NCBI RefSeq assembly: GCF_009914755.1
Contig: NC_060943.1
Strand: one strand, 5' to 3'
Length of the DNA: 64,000 bases
DNA from: the human T2T-CHM13v2.0 reference genome, Homo sapiens
The notes beneath the pieces were generated by a model. That model had not been told where the DNA came from. It saw only the letters and a program-made list of their open reading frames with translations, and did not search any database. Both the position numbers and the translations under genes were made by a program. Below are positions 1 to 57,949 of this stretch, one piece after another (within the stretch, counting starts at the first letter, position 1; the number at the start of each line of letters is the position of its first letter).

Positions 1-134
1 GCACTAACATTTTGCTAAATATTCCACTCAGATGCTAAAGTCATCATTAACTTCTCTCTCCTTGCCCCTATCCCAATATCTTGTCCTTGAAAATGACCCC
101 ATCGGCTCTGACTATGGCCACTTTTCTCCATTTT

Positions 135-4070
<3,936 letters not shown>

Positions 4071-4796
4071 TGAGGTAATGTATACGAATATGATGCACGG
4101 AGCGGACCTTCAACAATTATTTTTATTGCTATGATCTGCATAATTGGCACAACAGGGCCCTGCCACATCGAACTGTTTAAGCTCAGAACCGTGTCTGTCA
4201 CATGTGGAGCGATCCATGATTGATGCTATCATTATCACCACCATCATCCCACCAACCCGCCCATCGGAAACAAGCTTTCATCGAATCCCATCGTTTTTTC
4301 CTTTTTTGTAAATCTCTTTCCTCGGCCTGGCTCTGCCGCCCAAGTATGCTCGTCAGGCCTTTGCCCACCTGGACCGGGCGCGGGCAGCCCGGGGCTGAGG
4401 ATTCTCGAGCCTTGGTGGACCACAGGCTCCCGTCGCCCCGCCCAAGGGCCTGGACCGCCTGTGGTCTCCATGGAAACCCGCCAGCCACAGGGGGCGTGAC
4501 GCCGTTGAGACAGACAGAGATATTCACCTATCAGATCAAAGTTATCTGGGCAGGGCGAACAAACGGGACCTCCGAGTGGTACGTCCTTAAGGCGGGGCGG
4601 GAATACGGCAACGGGCCGCGGGGGCTGTTACTGTCGCTACCAATCAAGAGTCGAGATGGCTTTGATGGACAGGCATAGCGCGAGTGCGGGCTTTCGCCCA
4701 ACCGGCGGGCCGCTGTCCCGAAAAAGGACCAATGAGGAGGCGGCAGGGGTGGGGCGAAGGGGCCGGTTGCTCCGGAAGTGGAGGGAGGGGGTGAAA

Positions 4797-13279
<8,483 letters not shown>

Positions 13280-13706
13280 GGGCCAGGCCGCCCCGGACAC
13301 TGACTCCAACTACCTCCGTGGCCTGGGACCGGCCCCCTTCCTGGGGTGGCCTCTTCCTGGCCGGCTGGCCCACCGACTGATGACCGGCACTAGTGTTAGC
13401 CTGCGGAACGGGGCTGGGCAGGGCAGCCTCTGTTGGCCTGAGGGTCTGGACGCTTTTTATTTATGCCTATTTAAGTTGGGAAGGGGCAGAGAGAGGGCGC
13501 CCCCTGCCCCACCAGCCTGAGTGCCCCGCCTTCACCCCGAGCTGGGCATGGGCCTGGCCCCTCGTGCATTTGCCCTTTTCTCGGCTACAGCTGTGGACGT
13601 TGCCCTCGGGGAGGTCGAATGGACCCCATTCCCCCTGCCCTGCCCGCCCCCAGCCTCCCCACCCAGGCCGGCAACCTGGCCATCCCCATTCCGTTCTTCT
13701 TCATGT

Positions 13707-13712
13707 AATAAA
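13707..13712 (+). terminator. DCAF15: DCAF15 polyadenylation signal AATAAA
   Basis: The only AATAAA I found in the ~430-nt 3'UTR; followed by U-rich sequence. Confidence 0.85.
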
Positions 13713-13834
13713 TGTTTTAATTTCTGAACCTCATTGAGGTCCTGTCACTGCAGCTTGGGGCCCAGCTGGAGCCCCCGCCCCAAGGCCCCCACCAAGGCCC
13801 GGCGAGTCAGCAGTAGGCAAATATCACAGCGGAA

Positions 13835-13840
13835 TTTATT
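13835..13840 (-). terminator. RFX1: RFX1 polyadenylation signal AATAAA (minus strand)
   Basis: TTTATT on the + strand at the end of a ~1.15-kb 3'UTR. Confidence 0.8.
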
Positions 13841-14978
13841 GTTTTAAGAAAGACTACAAAAAGGTAGAAAACAGCTCGGCACACTAGACTACCACACGTG
13901 TGGACACTTTCACCACCGGGAGAGGGAGCCCCGTGGGCACGGGGACTGGGCAGGGCCGCCCCAAAAGCTATAGCACGCGGAGCACACAAAATAGTGATTT
14001 TTATACAATAGGTCAGATTTCCATTTTTTTTTCCTTTTTCTTGCCATAAACATCTATCTCACAGGCTGAAAACACTGAGAAAACTGGAACAGATAAGGCC
14101 ATGATGGTTGGAAAAAAACCCAACAAGTTACCAACTCCGCTCGGGCGGCGCTCACGAATCGCACAATAGTCATGGGGTGGGGGTCGCACGGCACGGAGGA
14201 GAAGCGTGGTCTCCGGGAAGATAGGGGCACAGAAAAGGTTCCATTACAAACCAGCGGCGGAGGGCGGGGGCGCGGGGGCTGGGGTCTGTGGGCACTCCCC
14301 GGCTCCGCGGCTCGCTGCTCTTTGGAAGCTGGAGGCCGTGCCCCCTGCCGCCCTCCTCACAGCCGGGCCGGGCAGTGCCCCCTTCTTGAGCTTGGGGGCA
14401 AGGGAGGGCCCAGCGCTGGAGAAGATGCGACACCCACGGCTTTAATTGCACTTAATACCAAGAAGGGGAAGCAGTGGGGTTGCTGGGGGTAGGGTGTCCC
14501 GGGGCTGCTGCTGACAGTGGGGAGTCCCCAGGTGACGCCCACCTGCGCCGGCCCGGGGCTCAGGGCTGGGCCCAGGACAGGCTGTGCAAAGCCAGCGAGC
14601 TGAATAAGTTAACAGTTTCGCACGGGAGGGGGCCTGCCTGCCTGCCCCCTGGGGTGGTGGGAGGACGGGGCTGGGGAGAAGACGCTGGGGCCTGGGAGGG
14701 GGGCGGCCAAGGGGCCGAGCTGGATGCCCCGCGGGGCACCTGGGCACGCGGCGGGTTCCTTAAGGCACGTCTTTTGTGTCAGAGTTTGCAGCTGCGGCTC
14801 CGCCCAGCCCACTGATTGTGCCGGCCCCATAAGGGAGGAGGGCCCCGGTCTTCCCTGTCTCGGAGTCCCCCTCCCTGCCCTGGCTGAGGCTGGAGCAGTG
14901 ACCACGAAGCCACAGAAGCTTTGAGGGACCCTGGCGTGGAGGGGTGGCGGGGGCGGGTGGGGCGGGGAGGCCAAGGGC

Positions 14979-46133
<31,155 letters not shown>

Positions 46134-46698
46134 GCCAACGGTGGGGAAAATGATAATAAATAAGGCTTTTTTTTTTTTTTAATTCCTTGGGAAGAAAGAC
46201 GGGGATGGGGGAGAGAAAAACAAAACAAAACAAAAGAAGGAAAAACAGGAATTAATCCACAGGCAGAGAAAGCAGGGACAGCTCTGGGTTCCCTGGAGAT
46301 GTGCTTGGGTTCATCACTAACTTAATTAAATCCCCAGGCTGGTGGCCAGAAATATCCAACCCGTCACTGCAGGGGGACCAGCTGTAGACCAGGGCTGGAG
46401 CCCCACTCCGCACCCCCACTCACCCCAAGCCAGGACTCCTGCCTTCCCAGTCCCTGGTACCCAGAGACCCCCACATCCACATAGGATCGCATTTCCCCAC
46501 ACTGCGGGGGAACTTGGGCCTGTGTGGTTGCTCTGTGCCCTCACCCAGAGAAAAATGGTACGGTTCTCACTGGGTCACTCTCAACTACCAGGGGCTGCCC
46601 CCTCCCTTGCCTCCATCTCCTTAGCTGAGGACCCCAAGTGGGCACTTCCTGAGGGCTCTTGTAGGCCAGGCACAGGGCTGGGCACTTTCCCTATGTTA

Positions 46699-47236
<538 letters not shown>

Positions 47237-48040
47237 CATTTTTTTCAGAGATGGGAGTCTCATTATCATGCCCAGTCTGGTCTTGAACTCCTGGGCTCAA
47301 GCAATCCTCCTGCCTTAGCCTCCCAAAAAGTGCTGGGATTCTAGGTGTGAGCCACCACGCCCGGCCTATTTCATTTTAAACTTTCCAACAACCATGTCTG
47401 GGTTTGGGTTCTGTCTGCTAGATAGGGAGCTGAGGCTCAGAGAGGTTAAGGTGCTTGCCCCAGGCCACACAGCGGGGAAGTGGTGGCAGGGCTGCATTTG
47501 AACTCTGGGTGTTCTATGCTCCTGACTCGTCAGTTTATTGCCGGAAAGCAGAGTCATGGGGAAAGCTGCCTCCCAGGGACCCGTGCCAGTTCCCTACGTG
47601 CCTGCCATCTGGACTTGGGATTCTCGGCTGAGTAGCATTCCCAGTGGGAAGGTGTTTTGAGTCCAAAAAGCCCCTGTGAGCTGCATGGGGCCACAGGGGC
47701 TTTTTGGGCCCTCTGTCTGGGAGCAGTTATGGGTCTTGACACCAGATGTAAGCTCATCAGTGGGACAGTGCCCTTCTGTGGCCAGGGGTGACAGGGCTGG
47801 GAGCAGGCCCAGGCTGCACTGAGAACCTGGCAGCTGCGGCTGACTTCAGAACAGGGCCGGCCTTGGCCAAGCGCAGTGGCTCACGCCTGTAATCCCAACA
47901 CTTTGGGAGACCAGGGTGGCTGGATCACCTGAAGTCAGGCACTCAAGACCAGCCTGGTCAACATGGCGAAACCCAGTCTCTACTAAAAGTACAAAAATCA
48001 GCTGGGCATGGTGGCACATGCCTGTAATCCCAGCTACTTA

Positions 48041-48374
<334 letters not shown>

Positions 48375-50616
48375 TTAAAGGGTGTGTTCCTCTCCCAGGT
48401 GCTGGGCTGGGCATGGCCTCCCTCCGGCTCAGCCCCACTGTAGCAGGGGATCGGCAGATGGTTTGGGGACCCTTGTACTCATAAGCCCTATCCCCAGGTC
48501 CAAAGCATTTGAGGGACAGTGGGACAGAGGCACGAGTGGTTAAGAGGAAAGGCTCCAGATCCGTGCTTTTGTGGCTCCTGCCTGGCCCCAGAAGGCATTT
48601 GGGTCTGAGAGCCCTGCCTGCAGCTGGCCATGACTCCGGGCAGTACTGCCTCCTGGCTAGCAACTGGACCAGAGCCTCTTCTGCACTAACACTCAGCACC
48701 CATGTGCCACGATGTGCCCAGATGGCCCTCCAGCCGCAGGGTGACCCTCAAAGGAAGGAGGAGGTAAAAAACAACTGCTGTTGGTTGACCAGGAGCCCCC
48801 AGACCCCTCCACTGAGGTCACCTCCTCCTGGCAGTCGTATGAGGGAGGCATCATCATGCCCATTTTACAGATGAGCTGAGCGAGGCTGAGGGGTAGGCTG
48901 CTGAAAGCCTCGAGCAACTGGTGAGGGGGGATTGAACCCAGGTCTCTCTGACCCCCAGATACATTCTGTCAGTCCCCAACCCTACTTAGGATGCCAGGCA
49001 CAGGGCTCATTTGCTTTTTTTTTTTTTTTTTTTTTTGAGATGGAGTATCACTCTGTCATCCAGGCTGGAGTGCAGTGGCACGATCTTGGCTCACTGCAAC
49101 CTCTGCCCCCACGGGTTCAAGTGATTCTCCTGCCTCAGCCTCCCGAGTAGCTGCGACTACAGGAGCCTACTACCACATCCAGCTAATTTTCGTGTTTTTA
49201 GTGGAGACAGGGTTTCACCATGTTGGTTGGGCAGGTCTTGAACTCCTGACCTCAAGTAATCCGCCCACCTCGGCCTCCCAAAGTGCTAGGATTACAGGCG
49301 TGAGCCACCGCGCCCAACCTTCATTTGCTTCTTAAAGTAAGTACACGGCATCTTGCCGGTCTTCCAACAGGGAGACCCAAGCGTCACCTGCAAAGGTTAC
49401 GCCCCCTGCCCAAGGCCGCAGTTAAGGGCAGCAGAACTGGCAAGGGGGAAGCCGGCCCAAGCAGCCCAGGGGAGGCTGGTTCCCATCCTTCACGCCTCCC
49501 TGTGCCTCCCTCCCCCGGGATCCAGGTTCTGCTCTTGGATGCCAAACTCAAGAGGTGTCCGAGTTAGCAGGGGGGCAAGGTAGGTAAGAAACGAGCCCTG
49601 GACGGGGATGGATGCACCACGATTTGAATTTGGCTATCTCCTAACTGTGTGACTTTTGAGGAGAGCCCCTACGGCTCCATCTGTGAAATGGGAGGACGGC
49701 TGGCCCTACCAGGCGGGGCTGCTGAGGGTTCAAGCTGATCCTGTGGGCAGTGTGTGGCCAGGCACCTGGCATGCTGTAAGCACGCAGGAAATGGCTCTGG
49801 CTCCTTCACTGCCCAGGGCCCTTTAACGCAGTTCCAGGAAAGATGAAAATACCTTCTGGCCCTGCCTGCTGCCTTCCAGCCTCCAGAGCTTTGTGCTGCT
49901 GAGGATGAAGGAAACAGGAGCTTACACTTGCCTCTTGGATGTGCCCTCTGGGCTTGCGGCAGGCTTGGGAGGGACTCCAGGACCCTCCTGGCTGGCAGGA
50001 ACAGAGCTGACAGGGCCCTGGGGCCACCCTCCCTGCCAGGTGAGGTCATTCTGGTAGGAGTGGAGGCAGGCAGGATGAGAAGCCGTTTGGGGCCTTCCCA
50101 CCTAGCAGGTGGCCAGCCTTAGTGCTCCGAGGCCCAGGGACTCGGGCAGCAGAGAAACTTGCCCACCGTGAGAGGGAAAAGGCTGCTGCCTGCCTTGAAC
50201 AAGGCGAAGACCATCCTCCTCCAGCCCCTGCCCTCCCCAAACTCCTTTCTGCCAGCATTAGAGGGGTGGAGGTTCCTCACACCATCGGGTCCAAATCTGG
50301 CCCAGCTCGGGTACTCAAGTCACTGTAGCCGACGACCCTTCATCTGTCTGGTGTCAGACCCTCACCCACATGAACCCTGGCGCTATGTCTTAACTCATTA
50401 ACATATTACCAACCTTCTTCTGGGCCTCAGTTGCCTGTCACCTGGGGATAACGAGAACACCCAATTCATCAAATTGCTGCAAAGATCCAATGAGATCAGG
50501 CCGGGCACGGTGGCTCACACCTATAATTCCAGCACTTTGTGAGGCCTAGGCAGGTGGATCAGCTGAGGTCAGGAGTTCGAGACCAGTCTGGCCAACATGG
50601 CGAAACCCCGTCTCTA

Positions 50617-50817
<201 letters not shown>

Positions 50818-51654
50818 TCAGCACCCAATAAACACTGATAAGTGGCAGGTGTTATTATTCATTCAACAAATATCCAAGCCAGGTTGGGACAGAGGAGGAA
50901 GGAGACAGGATCTTCAAGCTCTTGGGAGGGGACACCAAGAGGAAATCCAACCTAAGCTTTCGTCAGCAACATCATGCAGATTCCTGAGCTCTACTGCCCA
51001 GTGAGTCTGAAATGGCCCCAGAGTCTGTTTTAGCTGGTCCCTTAGATGATTCTGAGGCAGACAGTCCTGACAGCACTCTGAGAAATGCTGGCCTTGGCTT
51101 TCTCAGCCCTAAGAGACCTGGCCCCTTGTGGCCCCTCCCACAAAGAAAGGGCTTTAAAAGCTCCTCACTTACTGGCTCTTTCTCCTCCTAGGGATACAAA
51201 GCCCATGGGCCTCATCCCTTCCACTCAGGGGCAAGAAGAGGAGGCAATGATTAATTTCTAAAAGGCTGAGCTCAAAAGGAGGAGGTGGGAGATCGAGGAA
51301 CAACTAAACCAACTTCTCTATTGGAGGCCTTCTCAGCACTGTGATTGTCAATCTTTTTCCTACAATTATTTGACCAAAGAGCCCTTTTCTACCTTTTAAG
51401 GAGACTACATTAAGCAATTATACAGGTTTGTTCCCTAGAGAGAAATAAATCACATATACATACATAGCATGAGGTATTGCCCATATATTTGAGCGTGAGA
51501 ACCCTTTCTTTATGGAGCCTGGCACACAAAACAAGGGAATTACTTAACAAACTGTTCCTTGGCAATGAATCTGCCAAGAAAAGCACTAGTGGCTGCACCT
51601 ACCTTCAAAGCCAGCAGCTGCTTATGGAGACTGTTTAAATCTATTACTTTAAAT

Positions 51655-52299
<645 letters not shown>

Positions 52300-52477
52300 T
52301 AATCAAATGGTTTACATCCTCAGCAAGGCCCTCCCAAAGATATAGAAAGAAAACTCACTCTCTTCATCTATAGAATGGCTTCAATAATGAACTTGCAGAA
52401 GAATGGCAAAATTAAATGGGATGATGTGTGTTTCTCTCATCCTCTATATCCAATTCATTTAGAAGATTTGTCAATTA

Positions 52478-52588
<111 letters not shown>

Positions 52589-52761
52589 CTAGCCAACATG
52601 GCGAAACCCCGTCTCTACTAAAAATACAAAAATTAGCTGGGTGTGGTGGTGTGTGGCTGTAATCCCAGCTACTCAGGAGGCTTAGGCAGGAGGATCGCTT
52701 GAGTCTGGCGGGGCAGAGGTTGCAGTGAGCTGAGATTGTGCCACTGCATGCATACAAACAC

Positions 52762-52793
<32 letters not shown>

Positions 52794-53998
52794 TCGCACA
52801 CATCTCCTAATGACTGGGCGCAGTGCTCACATCTATAATCCCACCACTTTGGGAGTCCAAGATTGGAGGATCACTTGAGCCCAGGAGTTCAAGACCAGCC
52901 TAAGCAACAAAGTGACGCCTTATCTCTATAAAAAAGTGAAAAAATCAGCTAGGCATAGTACCCGACACCTGAAGTCCCAGCTGCTCGGGAGGCTGGGGTG
53001 GGAGAATCACTTGAGCCCAGGAGTTCCAGGCTTCAGTGAGCTATGATCACACCGCCACACTCCAGTCTGGGCAACAGAACAAGACCCTGTCTCTTTAAAA
53101 TATATCCTGGACAGGCATGGCGGCTCACGCCTGTAATCTCAGCACTTTGAGAGCCCAGGGCAGGAAGATTGCTTGAGGCCAGAAGTTTGAGACCAGTCTT
53201 AGCAGCATAGCCGAGACTCCATCTCGACAAAAAAATTTTAAAAATTAGGTGGGCGTGATGGCGTGTGCCTGTAATCCCAGCTACTCGGGAGGCTGAGGTA
53301 GAATTGCTTGAACCCAGGAGGCAGAGGTTGCAGTGAGCCTCTCTGCAAAAACAAAAAAAACAAAAAACAAAACAAAACAAAAAAATGCTGCAGATCCATT
53401 CCTGCCTCTCATGGCCTCGGCCCCACCTCTTCCTCCCACCTGGCATGCTGTCCCCACCGCCACCTTCACGGCTGGCTTCTCCTCCTTATTCAGGTCTCAG
53501 CTCGTACACACTTCCTTGGGTCTGAAGGTACCCTCAAGCACATACTACTATTTTATTTGCTTCCTGACACTGTGTTTCCCTGTTGAGTTTATTTTCTTTC
53601 TTTTTCGTTTCTTAGAGACAAGGTCTCACTCTGTTGCCCAGGCTGGAGCACAGTGGCACAATCACAGCTCACTGTAACCTTGAATTCCTGGGCTCAAGTG
53701 ATCCTCCGGCCTCAGCCTCCACAGTATATGGGAACGCAGGCCTGTGCCACGACACCTGGCTAATTTTTAAATCTTTTTAAGAGATGGGGTCTCGCTATGT
53801 TGCCCAGGCTGGTCTCAAACTCCTGGGCTTAAGTGATCCTCATGTCTCAGCCTCCCGAAGTGCTGGGATTACAAGCATAAGCCACTGAGTCTGGCTGGAT
53901 TTATTTTCTTCCTCCTAGTTCCTCTTCCCTCCCTGACTGGAAAGGTAAGGGCCCCACAGGCAGAGACCTGGTGGGCCTGGTCTCTGTCTCAGCTCCTA

Positions 53999-55223
<1,225 letters not shown>

Positions 55224-55300
55224 TCACCCAGCTGCCTCCTGGAAGGCTTGGGACTGTGTCTGGGCCTGAGCCCAAGTAGCATTTTGTGTGTGTGTTTTGA

Positions 55301-55402
<102 letters not shown>

Positions 55403-56697
55403 TAAATAGCTGGGACTACTACAGTCATGTGCTACCATGCCCGGCTACTTTTTGTATTTTTAGTAGAGATAGGGTTTCACCGTGTTGGCCAGGCTGGTCT
55501 CCAACTCTTTACCTCAAGTGATCCACCCACCTTGGCCTCTCAAAGTGCTGGGGGAGTGAGCACCCAAATTGAGCCACTGTGCCCGGCCAGGATTTTTCTT
55601 TCTAGTGACTCTCCTAAAGCCAGAGAACAGCCATTCAGCAGCCAGGGGAGTGACTTTCCCACTACAAACTGGATCCCTGGTATCCAGCTTCCTGGATCCC
55701 TGTCATCGACCCACACAGCCCAGCAAGCGAGAAGCAAGTCAACCTTTAAAGCCACGAGGGCTCTCACTGGATTCAAAATGATAAAAATAAAAGCCAACGG
55801 TGTATTTCCGAGGGTTGAACAGGAAGCGACAATCACCGTAACAGCAGAGGCTAACATAACTACATTAGCAATTACTTTGTATTTAGTTAGTTTCAGCAAT
55901 TCCTATGTATTTGATATTCAACAGGTATTATTTTCTGGGATCCATAGCACAGAAACATGAGATTGAAAGGACTACCAAGGATTACTGCCCCTAGATGAAA
56001 GGAAGGGAAACTGAGGCCCAGAAAACTTAAGTAACTCACCTAAGAGCACACAGCTAGAAAAGCTGACTGTTTCAAGTCAGCTTCAAATCACCCTAGTGTT
56101 CTCTTCCTAGTCAAATGACTCCTCAGGCCCTTCATCTGTAAATGTAACTGGTGACTGAGGCAGTCAACATGACCAGATAATTGGTAACATCACTTTCTGC
56201 TCAGTTAGCTTTTTTTTTTTTGAGACAAGTCTCACTCTGTTGCCCAGGCTGGAGTGCAGTGGCCTGTGATCTCAGCTCACTGCAACCTCCGCCTCCCAGG
56301 CTCAAGCAATTCTTGTGTCTCAGCCTCCCGAGTAGCTGGGATTACAGGCATGTGCCACCACGCCTGGCTAATTTTTTTAGAAACAGGGTTTCACCATGTT
56401 GGCCGGGCTAGTCTCAAACTCCTGACCTCAGGTGATCCGCCCACCTCAGCCTCCCAAAGTGCTGGGATTACAGGTGTGAGCCACCACGCCCAGCCTGCTC
56501 AGTTAGCTTTTTTAAGAAGGGCTAGCCGGGCGCGGTGGCTCACGCCTGTAATCCCAGCATTTTGGGAGGCCGAGGCAGGTAAATCTCGAGGTCAAGAGAT
56601 CAAGACCATCCTGACCAACATGGTGAAACCCCGTCTCTACTAAAAATACGAAAATCAGCCGGGCATGATGGCGAGCGCCTGTAGTCCCAGCGACTCA

Positions 56698-56889
<192 letters not shown>

Positions 56890-57949
56890 CTAACTTTCAA
56901 AGAGTCCCTGCCTCCTCTAAAAAGGGCCAGGCCTAGAAAAAGTACCTGGAGAAGTTAGGACCCGCCAACCCCCACCAGACCAATCTCAAACTCTTGGGAA
57001 AAAGCCTGAAATGATCCTTTTCCTTGGAATGTATTGACTGATTTAAAAGGAAATGGCTGCAGTTTGCACACCGACACTAAGCTCAAAAGCAAGACGGAGA
57101 ATAAGCCAACTAGACTTGGCCTGGCTGGCTACTTAAAAAAAAAATTCCTCCCCGAGCTGGCAGGATATTGTCACCCTAAAAAGCAGTGGCAAAGATTCTC
57201 CTCTCACAAACATGGATAGCTTCCCCTTCCCTCTGACCGCTCCTGCCCACGTGGCCCTAGAGGCTGGGACCTTGTCAGTGACATGTGACTCGGTTGACAC
57301 TCGTTTGACACAAAAACATGTGTCTGGCCAAGAGAAGCGGGTTTAAAAAATCTAAGAAACTTCCTCAGGCTTCATTTGCTCCCCCATTCCCAGTAGGGGA
57401 GACCTCGATGGGCAGGACCCAGAAACGTTCCATCTCCAGGAACAAACCCCCGCAACCTCAAACCAGGAAACATCAGGTCTCAAACAGCAGCCCAGAGAAA
57501 AGCACTCAGGTTTCTGTTCCTCTAAAGCATTCCCTCATGGTCACTCCTCCCTACCATGGACTTTGATTTCTGCAAACCAGATCCTCCACGCTAAAGCCAA
57601 ATCGACTCCTAGCTCCTCCATGAAACTTTGCTTCCTCTTTGCTTCCTCCCAGAGAGAAGGTGGCAGGTTTAGGAGTGGGCTGCAGTGTTGAAATCAGGAC
57701 TAGCTGACAGTTATTTTATCAAACCACATTCAGAAACGGTAGATACGAGGAAAAGGTTCAAAGATAAGCCGTAAGTAAAATTCCTGGAAGGAATGAGGAG
57801 TCCCGGTACTGCAGGAAAAGGGCGATGTCAATGATTCTCCCCATTTTACAGGATGGAAAACTGAGGCCTCAGATGGACAGGCACTTGTCCAAGTTCTGAG
57901 TCCTGGGACAACTGCAAAGCTCTTAAGGAAGAAGGGAGTCGCTTAAGGA

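Noticed and set aside
55427-55960. 177-aa and 119-aa ORFs in RFX1 intron 1
   Set aside because: Partly Alu-derived, non-ATG starts, and no splice or homology support.
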